Shown in pieces: positions 46,801 through 59,100 of a stretch of 64,000 bases of DNA. The first letter of the stretch is position 1; each line of letters begins with the position of its first letter. The DNA comes from Amphiscolops sp. MND2022 (Eukaryota): the NCBI GenBank assembly GCA_964187785.1, contig OZ076413.1:52576001-52640000 (forward strand). The letters run 5' to 3'. The notes beneath the pieces were generated by a model, which had not been told where the DNA came from, did not search any database, and worked only from the letters and a program-made list of their open reading frames with translations. The position numbers were made by a program, and so were the translations under genes.

Positions 46801-49657
46801 TGTTTTATTTTTCATCAAAGTGTGCCAATCTGTCCAGCCATCTCGTTAGTCTTGCACTATATGTTTTATTTGATCTGTTTCTCTTTATTAATGGTTCTAG
46901 TGCTTGGTGGTCCGTTAATAGATCAATTTGACTTCCGTATATGTGTAGTCTGAAATGTTCCAGTCCCCATACTACGGCAAGTAATTCAATTTCGTTTATT
47001 GCGTATTTCTTCTCAGTGTCCGTTAAAAATCTACTTGCATATCCGACCGGTTTTAAGTTTCCACTTTTCGGTCTTTGCCACAGTGTTGCTCCCAATCCTT
47101 TTTTACTGGCATTCGATGTTAGTATTGTTTCACTATTTGCCTTGTAGTGTGCTAAACATGGGATATTTATGATGTATTCTTTTAGTTTGTTGAATGCATT
47201 CGCGTGTTCTTCTGTCCAGTTCCATTCGTTGTTCTTCTTCAGTAATTTTCTCAGAGTATCGGTGTTTGCTGATAAGTTTTCTTCTATAATTCGAAAGGTA
47301 TTGTAATGCCCCAAGAAAAGATTTTAGTTCTTTTTCGTTTTTTGGTGTATCAATTTTTGTTATTGCTTCCAGTTTGTCTTGTAATAGAAGTATTCCGTGT
47401 TGGTCGATTTTGTTTTCAACCCATTTGATTTCTTTCCTGAAGAATTCGCATTTCTTTAGATTTAGCCTATATCCTGCATTTTTCAGTTTTTCGTCGTTTC
47501 TCGAACTTCCATTTCGCGTTTCTCCAAGTCCCTTTTCGTTACAATTATTATGTCGTCGAGCCATGCCGGGTGTTTGTATTCCAGGGTTTTGTCTATTCGT
47601 TCTTGGAAAATTGTTGGGATATCTGCCAGTCCGTAGAATCCTGTCAAGAACCGGTAGTAACCTGTGAATTCTCCTCCTGTAACGGTGAAAATGCATAGGT
47701 TTCTCGTTTTCTCGTCTAGTTTCATTTGCTTGTATGCATAATCAAAGTCTAAATTTGTTGCCAAAATTTCTCTTTTTTTCCTTCGAAAATTTTTCTCGAT
47801 ATTCTTGAAATTAGTTCCTCCATGTTCGTCATTTGTGCTTTTCTTTTCATGGTCACTTCACTTAACTTCTCGAGTTTAGTGCAATTTTTATTGATTTGTC
47901 TTTTTTCACTGTAATTACTGCCGGGCTTACAAAACAATCATCTGTAATTTCGGTTGCTCTTTCAAGGTATCCGTTTTCCATCAGTCGTTTCAGTTCCCTT
48001 GCTACCTGGTCTTGAAGATATATCGGTATTAGTCTCATTTTTTGTTGGATAATTTGTGCCCCTTCTTTTAGATTGATTTTTACCGATAGGTCTTTTATTT
48101 CGTTGTTGTTGTAGAATAAATCTTTGAACTCGTTCTTAAGATCGGCGATTTTTTCTTTAATACCGCCCGGTTGTATGTTGTGTATTTGTATTTCGCTGTT
48201 GTAGGTGTTTAAGTGTTTTCCCAGCCGTCGCATCCAATCTAGTCTCATTTACGGTGTTGTTGTTTTTCTGGTTATTACCAATGGTAATTTCACTGTTTCT
48301 TTATTTGTTTTAGCCATTGCTTTTGTCTGACCGATAAATTCAATCTTTCGATCGTTTACGTCATAAAAGGTTGTAATTAGTGGTTCCACTTCAATTAACT
48401 CGTTGAACAGACAATTTGGAATTAGCGTTACTGGCGATCTACTGTTTATGATGAATTTGATTGGTCTCGCGTTCACCAATAGTGTTGTATCGTAGAATGC
48501 TTTGTGATCTCTGCCGTTTATCTTCTGTATTGTATTGTAGTCCCAATTGTCTTCTTCTTGATGATGATTTCCTCTCAATATGCTGTACTTTTCCATGATC
48601 TGCACATTTTCTGGTAATGTCACCTTCGTTTGCAATTACGACATTCAGTGGATTTTGCCGGGGAGTTGTGTATTCTTGACCAGTTTGGTGCGCCGCATTG
48701 TCCGCATCGGTTATCGGTCCGGTTTTTTTGGGTCTTTCGTACTAGACTTATCAGACCATTTTCGTTTGTATTGTCGTTCTTGAATTTGTTGTATCTCTCT
48801 ACTATCGTTTGAATTGTTTGACTCATTTAGTCTATCGTACATATACTCGTGTATCAGGTCCGTAATTGTCTCGATGGTCATGTCGCTCTTCCGTATTTTC
48901 ATCTTCAATTCATAATCGCCCATTGATCTTCCGCCCGTTGAAATTTTGAGGCGATTAGTTCTGCGGGGGTTACGTTCTCGAATTCGCAATTATTCTCTAC
49001 TTGTAGAAATCGTGTCCAGACGTCTTCAGCTGTTTCACTTTTCTCTCTTGAGATTCCGAAAAAATCGGCTCGACTGTGAAACTTGTTACGTTCTGGAATA
49101 AAATGTAGTCTGAATGGTGAATACAATTGTTCTATCTTCAATTTATTTGGGTCGTTGTCTCGAACGGTTCGTGTCATCTCAGTAATGGCAGATTCACGCA
49201 GTGCCCATGTGAATAAGTATTTAATCCGTTCTTCAAGTTCTGCTCCATATTGTTCCAGTATTTCTCTGTCGGTGGTCATTATGTTCAGACCAATATAGTG
49301 TCATCTTTATGTACTTTGTGAACCTGCGCCACCACAGTTTGGCCTCTTGAAATCCCCTTTTTTCAAAGGTGGGTAGGGTATTCTTCTGATGTGTTTTTTC
49401 GTTTCTTTTGTGGCTCCGAGGTTCTCCATTCGAGGAGCTTGTGCTCTCCAATGTTCTTCACTGTCGTAAGGGTAACAAAGGGAATAGATAGCTTGTAATA
49501 AAGTATTGTTTATCGTATTTCAATATCGATGTAACTGAGTCTCTTGTTAAGATGTACAAGCATTTAGAACTTACATAAATGTTGACAGGTACTTAGCTGT
49601 CAAGTATGATCAATTGACCTTTAACGGTCTAAATTAATTCTTTGACATCATGTCACA
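43855..49657 (-). mobile_element. Decayed gypsy LTR retrotransposon (Mag-like)
   Basis: Diverged 196-bp LTRs at 43855-44050 and 49462-49657; PPT on minus (ggggaggggga, ~44052-44062); fragmented gag, PR, RT, RH, IN. No TSD found. Confidence 0.9.
44893..49451 (-). pseudogene. pol: Frameshifted gag-pol of the decayed gypsy
   Basis: CGQCG...H..PAK...CRNC knuckles; RT GFYGL/WLDD; RH ASKKGLG...YASRFL...ELLAV...TDHQAL; IN LDSIGP...RTDKGTAF. Confidence 0.9.
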
Positions 49658-52600
49658 GCCATGTTCAGAATTTTAACAAAACTCGTCATTTAAGATTTTC
49701 AGTCTATTTAAGCTTTGTTTGGGATTTCGAGGATGCCCAAATAATTTATTCGGAAATGAAGTTATACATAGTTATTCATTTTATGTATCTTGTGAAAAAC
49801 CGGATTTCGTTGATTTTCCAAGGAAAAAACACAAAATGTTTTTGATACAAAAACTTATTTTAAGAATCAATTTTCTGCATATTTCAGATATTTTTTCTTC
49901 TTACAAGCAGATGGTTTTCTCAGCAATGGAAGCTCGATACTGTCGCATTTTCATGCGTATAATTGCAATTTTGCCAGGTTTTCCTGATTTTCCGGAGAAA
50001 AACTTCCAAATGTTTTGATATAAATACGTATTTTAAGAGTCAAATTTCTGCATATTTCAGATATTTTTTCTTCTAACAAGCAGTTGGTTTTCTCAGCAAT
50101 TGAAGCTCGATTCCGTCGCATTTTCATGCGAATAATTGCATTTTTGCCAGGTTTTTCAATTTTTTTCAAACAATTCAAGGGCAAGGCTCCGAAATAAGTG
50201 ATTTTCATGCTCGAGAAAGCTTACTCATGCTCAAAAGGAAATGAGAGTAGGTTAAAATTAGATATATTTAACCCTAAAATGCTCCACAAGTGCCCCCATG
50301 CGCTGGGCGATAATTCAAATCCCATCGATGGCCATCGATGGTTCATAGATGGCCATCGGAAAAAGTTGCGATGGCCATCGATGGGCTGCGATCGGCCCAT
50401 CGATGTCCATCGATGGGATTGAATGGAGTCTCAGTACGGGCAGCTTATCACCAGAATTTTTCTTTTACTTCGTATTCTCCTAATAAGTATCTTGAAGACG
50501 ATGTATCTTGAAGACGATGTACACATAAAATATCAGGAAGTCGAAACAGAAGTTTTCAATGCAATGATATGGCTCAGAGTGGATTTTATAAATATAAGCT
50601 GAATTACATAAATATAATTTGAAAACTTTTACACCTCAAAAAATTCTTGCTGAGCATGTTAACGATATGCTCTGTACCTGTAACTATAGGGGGTTACAAA
50701 TTTGAACATCGCCAATTTTGGGATGAAAACCGTGATAACTTCAATATTTCAACATTCATGTCGCTCTTATCATTCGGCAGAGCATATTTAAAAAAATGGA
50801 ATTCAACAAGACCAAAAATGGCTTGATTTTTCTTGCTTTTGTGCGCTGCTAACTCGGAATGCATCAATATTTTCAATTGTCCATGAATATGAACTTACTT
50901 TTTATGAAAATATGTATATCATATGTATAACAAATTGGTAAAAATGTATTGTTTAGTAAGACAATTAAATCGCGCTCTGAAAGTCGAAAACATGCCTTTT
51001 TTAACAGCTAAATTTTTAGAAAAGTTACTTGAAAACTTTCCACATGCGGAACGTTCAACATGCGTTAAACACTTGTAGAATTACACTGCACTTTCCACTA
51101 TTGAAATTGAAATCAGAAATATACTCACCGGAGAAAACAACGCAACAGGTGAAGAATATAACGAAATTCAACAAATTGATAGAGCACGAAGAAAACGGAA
51201 AAATTGTCTAGTATTTTATATGCCCTCCAGATACCCTTATGTAGCATATGCTTTCTACAAGTTTTTTCGGGAAAGTTACAATAAAAGGTGCAATTTTGTT
51301 TTCGCTTCGATGAAAAATTTTTCGGGGACTCCAGGCTTATGTTCTGTCAGATACAGTTCGAGTTTCGTTATATTTCTCTCGTAATAGATGATCTGTCGAG
51401 TTTGACAACTATGTAATCGCAAAGTTAGAATATAAAATAACCTTTTTTGCAAATGAACGAAAGGAATGTAATGTTTTCTATTTTTGAATGGAGATTTGAT
51501 TAATTTTGATCACTTATACCAAAGGTGTGAAAAAATTCAAGCAAAGTCTTTCTGGTTTCCAATCAGAACTGAAAGTGCTGGTTGCAATATTTTCTCCTGT
51601 GAGTGTAATTCCACTCATCTTCGACAAGGTTGCATTCTTTTCACGCGTCGCAAAGCTGCGCGGACCAAAACAATATGAGAGTGTCCGAGGGAAAGGACTA
51701 AAGAAACTGACAAAAACAGACCAAAAAATAGCATCATTCAGAACCTGAAATAAAAACTAACAAAGATCTGCTGAACTACTTAAATATTTGTCTAGTTTAT
51801 CAATCAATAGTAAGGTAACTAAATACACACATACGTAAAGATTCAAATAGTAGTGACTGAGGCAGTTATTTGCAGTCAAACAGCCAGCGCGTTGACTGAA
51901 TTTGATCAGTGAGCGCGGTAGTGGAGTACTGTCTAAGATATAATTGCTAGCAATTGCAGTCCTAGCTGGGTACATTATTAACCAATTAACCAATCACAGC
52001 GGAGCGCAATTATTCTTAGTTGACTGGAAAGCTGTCCCAGGCAGCTTACCAGTCAACTAGATTTGAGTCAACCGCTCAGTCAACCGACCATTCTATCTCC
52101 TCATTTAATGCAGTACAACAATTATATGATACATTATTCTGACAAACCCACAGCTCTGAAAAAGGGAATTTTCTCCTGCAATAGGGAATTGAAGGGAAAA
52201 AAATTGAGGAACTAAGTAACGAAGCTGTTGTAATGTTGTTTCGTTGTTCAGTTGATTTCAATCCTGAGTCAACGTCCCAGGCATCATACTGTAATTCTCT
52301 GTCTGAGTCACCACCCAGGATACTCTATCAATGTGATTTAAATGAGATGAAAATATTAGTCAACTAAATTGCTGATGCTATTGCGCTCTTTTAATTGTAA
52401 TTCTTGCTTTTTAATATTTTTCATTCCACTTGAGTGCTAGTTTAATTTAAATGATCGTAGTGAACACTCTGGTACACTATTCTGTTGCCTTAAAATTAAA
52501 CTTGGTACCTGGAGTATGACCAGGATGTTTCGCTGTTTAATGTTGCCCAGAACGCTAACATTAAGCATTAGGTAATTCTGTAGTTCACCAAAAATGTTAG

Positions 52601-55419
52601 CTTTTCGTTACTAGTGAACTTTTGTTGATTAATTTTGTTGTATTCCCCACTTTATTTTGAAGTAGAATTCAATTCTTTTCCCGGGTCAGTAGCTTGGTGC
52701 ATGAATTTGGGTGCCAACTTCAGTTCAAGCGTCCTGAATTGGCGGGAATGAAGACGAAGGGACGCGAAATTGAAATTACGGCAAGAAGTTGATTCCCATG
52801 TTTCCTTATAAGTCAGTTGATATTGAAAACTGAATTCCGAGGAATCCTACCTTACATGGATTTCCTCGCCTCTGAAGGATCCCAGCAGAAGATTTCTCCC
52901 GCTTGTCTAATGCAGGGTGTATAGGCCTGACGCGGGACTAGGAAAACACCAATTTCGTCTTTCGTTTAAACTTGGGCAGTACTATCTTCGAACTATTTCT
53001 AATGTTCTTCAATTCGAGAACCTCCCTCATGTTACATTTTGATCTTGTTCTATTTGTTTATACAACTTGTACAACTATTTGGTTCCCTTGCGATAGCAAT
53101 TCCTACTTCCGTTTCAAGAAAGTCTCGGAATATACTTGGCAGAAAACTCAGAAAGCTGAACGAAGATCTGATGCAAATATGAACAGCTAATTCAAATGAT
53201 GTCCTGTCATAATTTTCTCCCTGAATCATATGCCAGAGAAGTCAAGTAAGAAAAGACTGAACCCCTGGAGAAGCTAGGATAGACGTAAACATAAGTGATC
53301 ACCGAACCGGTTATCATTCTAGCTTGTCTGAGAGATTATAAGGACGTTACCAACAAATTTCAAAATGAAATCGGCTCTTAAAGACTTAAAGACGCTGAGC
53401 TAGGACCGCGTGCGATCTCAAGAATAATCGGGAGCCTGTCGTCCAAAGTCGACGACTTAGCTGAGTCGCATTCAAGACCCTACATCTCTAACAAAGGAAT
53501 TAATTTGAGAGAAGGTTCTCTGGATGAGAATGCTAGGATCATGAAAGACCCTACTGGAATGACACAGCCGAACAGTTACAACATCACGCTCTGTTTTCTC
53601 AACTATTTATCTGGTTTGATTGCCGATTTTGAAATAGTACGCTGAAGGAGAGGCTAGTTTGCAGTTTACATCCTGAATCAAGTCATTTCGCAATAAAATG
53701 CCGGTAAACTGGACATTACCTTAGTGGCATTTAGAAATAAAAATGCAATTCATTGAAACCTTCAATACGAAACCTTGAAGGAGATGCGTCTTTTAAGCTC
53801 CTTGATAAAAGCTCTTGAAGAATTTTAGAAAATCAAAAAGTTGTGCGCAAAAAAACTTGGGAAATGTTCAAGCAATTACGACAAGGGTAGATGAATTATG
53901 TATGTTTCTTTTAAAGATTACGGTAAACCTGAGGTTACTCACTTAAACTTTTCAAATTATAGTGACTTTCGGTTGTCTAAACTGACGGTGGAACAGGAGA
54001 TCACTCCATCTGGACTTCCCGGATCGGAAATATGCATTGACGTTTTTTACATACATAAACTATAAAGATGGTACAAAATTTTTTCACTCCATTTCATATT
54101 ACAAATTAGCATTAAGCTTTTTGAGGGAGATTTGTGCTTCTTATGAGATCAATTTTAAATAAATCAGTACCAGATAACAAAAATTGATGATTTTATTGTT
54201 GTTCTTACGTTTTTGATAGAAATTGGTACACGGATTGAGGAGCAGCTAGCAAAGTCATCAACCCGATCGTTAATTAACTACGTCATGGAAACGTGACATG
54301 TATGGAAATATTTAGTCCATAAAAAGACCATACTATGGCCATTGTATGATTTGAATGTTTTTGAATGTTTTTTTGTTTGGTTATTGTATGGCTCAACTGA
54401 TCTCATACGTTTTCATATATGACTTTTTATGATCTAGATGTTTTTATGGAGGTTAGCCGATAATTTTGAACACTTTAAATTACCTCTCAGAAGTTTCCCA
54501 TTTCAGCACTGGAATCTTACTAACTATCGTGTGTCCTACAATTATAAAACACCGACAGAGTGACTAGAGAACGTCGTCAAAATACTAAACTTGAATGAAT
54601 AAACCAGCAAAAGAAGGTGTAAAAGTTACGTCACTGAATTGTCTTTATGGGGGGCTTTCGTCATCAGATGCCTGGGAATAAATCAGCGCAAGAAAAAACT
54701 TTGAAAAAAAATGGGGGACTGTCTTTGAAGTTTTTGTTAGTCAACCAGACTAATTGACGCCACGTTCCACTTTTGATGACGAAAAAATTGACAACTTCAA
54801 TTGAGTCGTCAATTTTGGCTAGGAATGTTTTCCTTCTGCAATGAAGTCTGAATTTAACTACCGCAATCTTTTGATATAAATTTCCCAAGCAAGGAGAGAA
54901 ACTCTGAAGACAGAACATTAAACGAGAAAAATTCTATTTAATAATTAGAAATGCACAGAAAAATTTCAAACACGTTAACTCGATCTTTGAAATAGTGAAA
55001 AAAAATCAATCAATTACATTACACGCTTGCCGACAAGATTAGCATCATCTAGAAATTGAAAAAAAATGTTAATTTCAGTTCAAATTTGCACTAATTTGAA
55101 TTCAAATGCATCGCTTACATCGGAATTAGAAACTTTGTCCTCTGAGCACGAAAAGTCCTCAAAAGTTAAATCATCAGCTGTGACAGGCAAAATAGTTTTA
55201 CTTCGCGACTTTAAAATATTATCGACTAAAAATTTGGAGAACATTCAATATAAATGAAGTTGTAACGAAAATTCAAACCTTATAGCGAGGTTCTGTTTCA
55301 TTTTTCCATTTTTTAACGAAACGAAAAATCCGATGTCTATTGCGACTTTTTAACAATCTTTTTTCCATTAATTTCTCTCTGCAACTTCTGGATGCTGTTG
55401 AAAAGTTGGAAAGTACTTT

Positions 55420-55500
55420 CCACTTGGCCTAGAGGTCAACGCGAGTTTTTCTGCGTGATGACTGGGGCTGGCAAGCAGGTGAAAGGAGGTTCGAAACCTG
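55420..55500 (+). repeat. tRNA-derived SINE-like head
   Basis: A-box-like TGGCCTAGAGG (~55424) and B-box GGTTCGAAACC (~55488). Confidence 0.4.
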
Positions 55501-55834
55501 CACTGAATGTTGTTTGATGTCCGCACATGTAGAGATCAAAGGGCCTCCTTCCGATTTTTTTGGTAGTGTGTGACTTTTTTTTTACAAAACTTGTTTTCAT
55601 TTTCTCAAGGGAGCCCCCTTCATTTTTCCCGCGTTTTCAGCAAAGAAAAAACGATTTGCGAGCTTAGGAAGGTTCTTGGTTTTGTCACTGCGCGCTTTTT
55701 TCCAATTTTTGAAATGTTTTAAGTGAAAAAAAAACGTTTTTTGAGTCTCAGGGGTGACCTCTCTGAAAACATTTCAGTACTGTGAGATTGATAAGAGCTT
55801 TTTCTAATAGATGATTTTCGACCATGTTTTGTAT

Positions 55835-56110
55835 AAACAAGCCGGGAACGGCCAAAGTCGGCGCTTCATCTAACGCTCAAAATTGTAAAAGGGGGACCCT
55901 TTGGGCTTTGTGAAACTCCAGTTGGTTGAAAAATAGGAAAAAATTAAAGGGGGACCATTGGGAGATTTTAAAAAATTTTTTAAAAAAGAGGCCTCCTGTG
56001 AGATTAGAAAAATTCGAAGAAGGATGCACAGTGTCGGATGCACAGTGTCGGGACTCCCCTTTGGTTTTTGATGTCTTAAATAGTAATTGAGTGGGACCGC
56101 GGGCTTCCGG
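55835..56110 (+). repeat. 5' part of the GGGGGACCC dispersed repeat family
   Basis: AAACAAGCCGGGAACGGCCAAAGTCGGCGC start followed by aaagggggacc sub-repeats. Confidence 0.6.
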
Positions 56111-59100
56111 TCAAGGAACGTTTTCGCTGGATTTCTGTCCCATATTTTCCTGAACGGGGCAGTGATTGAAATGAAGTGAACTGAATAGTAATTTGACAGG
56201 TATCCTAAAGGTTTGTAGGTCGTAGTGTGGAAAAAACTAGAGAAAACTAGAAGTAATTTTTGTGTTTGACAGATATTTCCTAAAATATTTTTAAAAATCA
56301 ATATTTAAAAATTGAATGCTGATATTTGCAGCTTTTTGATTTTGATCTATTAAAAAATTGGTCAAAAAGAGAGTAATGCTTCGGTGTAAAAGAGTTGCTG
56401 TTCGTAAACAGTTGTTAATGACTTAGTTTCTGGTCCGTTTAGGCTTGGACACTGTCATCAATTTTTTCAGTGTTTCGATGTTAATATAACTTTGGGTTTT
56501 CTGTCTTTCTTTTTCTAACTTTCATCCCTTCTTATGCTTGAACTAATGACTCTTAATTGTGAAATTTCCCACAATTTGATGACATGATTAATCTATTCGT
56601 TGAGCAAGATACAGCACGTCGAAGCAAGCTCTTTAAAAAGACTAGCCAATTTGTGCGAAAGTCAAAAGGTGAATCTCCGCAAAAACGTTACAGCAATTTT
56701 GAGTTATCTTTAAACCCCAATGCGAAGGAAGAACTTACAGAACCTTTGTCGGATTATTTTTGAATAAAAACTTTTGATCTGGCGCGAGCTGTTAAAGAAG
56801 TCGATCAATACTCCCGCAGCAAAACAAACGCGCCAAAATCGATAAGCTGTCTCTGTTCAACGCCTAGACAACCGGTTCTCCGAACATCTTTCAAGAATTT
56901 TGTGCGACTGGTATTTTAATTTCAAACCTTCAGACGCATTCGACTACCTCGCGCAGCAGGACAAGTGCAACTTCTTCTAAAATACTTTTGTCCCTTCATC
57001 TGTGAAGAAAATCTGATGTCAATATTTTGATGACCTTTGTACTCATCTGAACACGTTAAGTGCTCTTTTAGAAATTAAGTTAGGTTGTGAAGAAACCGAC
57101 CAAGAATCGCAGAAGATGTCGGAGCAATCAACAAGAGAATTGCAAGTGAACTCTTCCTTCTACTGAGTTTTCGATAAGCCGGCGTTCTTGGAAAACATCT
57201 TTCTGTTCAATCAACTGTTTGAATATTTTCATGAGGTATTCCGAGGTATTTGAATCAATTACTGAAAATAAGCGGAAAAACTTTTCATAAAGACTGTTAT
57301 GAACTCTACGCACGTCGTCCGCTTAGATCAATGATAACTAGCAAATTAGATCACGATTTCACAATTTGAGGTTAGAACCTCGGTGATGATAAAAAATCAG
57401 AACGAAACTGACGTTGAAGGCTGGGGGAAATCAATCATTTTATTGATGAAACAATCCGTAGAATTGGATCCGGAAATGGTAACTTTCCCGAAAGTTATAT
57501 ATAGTTGATAACAAAGATCTATTCAATTTGTTTTTCTAAGAAAAAATGAAATTAAGTGAGGCACATGTTTGGTTCTCAAGGGCGCAAACTTAGAAGAGTA
57601 GTAATACTCATTTTGCGTCCTAATTGGATATATATATATAGTTTCGATGAATTTTTTTTCTGTTTCTTTGATTCTTTATGTACTTTCAAATATCCAATTG
57701 AATAAACTGTTCTGTTCTGTTCTGTTCTGTAACTTTCCCGAAAATCTTGATAGAAATCACCGTTTTTTCGGTAGCGCCAAATTGCCGAAAATCAATTCGC
57801 CGGCCTTCAAAGGCAATTATGAAGCATTGATCTCGTTTCATGATATTCTCAAGAGTTGAATCCACTCGATAAACTCCCTGACTGACTCGCCAAAACTGCT
57901 ATACCTCGTGGAGTGAATACTAGGTGATGCCACAAAATTCTAACGTCTCTTTGCATCACTGAGGCCAACTATGAAGCGACTACATGTCCCAACTCTTACT
58001 TCATTTTGTGGAACTGAACCGTAGCCTGGTCTTAGACTACAGATTGAACTTTGATAACGAACTGCTGGAACCGTTGTTCAATTCGCGGCGGGAAATTTTG
58101 ACGTTTCTCTTCATTTTTGTTGTTTCTTTTGCATGTTTTCGCACAATTTGATGACATCTCTTCCTTGATTTTTGGAACGAATTTGACGTCAGTCACGCCT
58201 TTTCAAAGACTTTCAAAAGAATAAGCTGGGTAGCCACCACATCTGCTGTGTGTAAAAGTTTGGCATTTAACTTAGTTTCTGGTCCTTTTTCAAGTTTGGA
58301 TATAGTCATCAAATTGTTCTTCTTCGACTAAGTCCCTCAAAAATGTCGTCCCTAAAGAACTATCTAAAACAGCTGGAAAAAAGTTTCAATGGTTCATTCA
58401 TGACACAATTACATCATTTTTTTAAAAAGAACTTGGATTGGAGCAAGCAAGCACTGGTTGCATAATATAGTCTTTCGACAGTTGCTCCTGATTTTCATTT
58501 TTTAGTTATTTTTAGGCTTCAACCTTCGAAAGTAGATCAAAAATACTTGTAAGTTAACATTTGTCTTGCAACATATTTGCAAAATTGACACTATCTGAGA
58601 GAGGTTCTGGATAATTTGAGGATTTTGAAAATCTCTATGTTCGAAGGTCATCGAACGGTCGTAATTTTCCACCCAATCATCTAAAACTCATAAATCAGAA
58701 ACCAGGGAAGATTGAGGGACGATGTTGGTAAATGCATTCATGAAACATTTAGCGACTATTAGGAGCAACATTCTATAAAAAGCCGCATTTTTGATACTCT
58801 TCCAATATGATCACAATCAACTTCCTTTCTAGCAAAGAAAAAGTACTTCGTGTTGAAGTCTGCTACTTCGGTGAACTTTTTCAAGAGTGTACCGGTTCTA
58901 TCTTTAAAGTTTATTTTTGGAAAGTCAAATTACTGGTCACGATAACAGAGAGTCTGGTTAATGGACCTTGTTAGGAACATGGCTCGGGTTATTGGATTAA
59001 AAATCTCTAAATAGCTTTAGAGTGTTCCGAGTTTAGAGCTTTTAGTTTCCGAGTGTTCCGTTATTAAATTTATTGAACCAGAAGGGCGTGAAATATAGAC

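Larger units (their letters stand above)
43688..50440. mobile_element. MITE-like element with 12-bp TIRs and ATCGAT-rich subterminal repeats, interrupted by a gypsy insertion
   Basis: CCTGTACTGAGA (43688) vs TCTCAGTACGGG (50429-50440); ccatcgatgg arrays at ~43700-43800 and ~50320-50418; internal ~170-bp tandem duplication at ~49837-50165. Confidence 0.5.

Noticed and set aside
53150-58400. Fragmentary coding-like segments (53.1-53.9 kb, 56.5-58.3 kb)
   Set aside because: Multiple stops in all frames and no recognisable domain.
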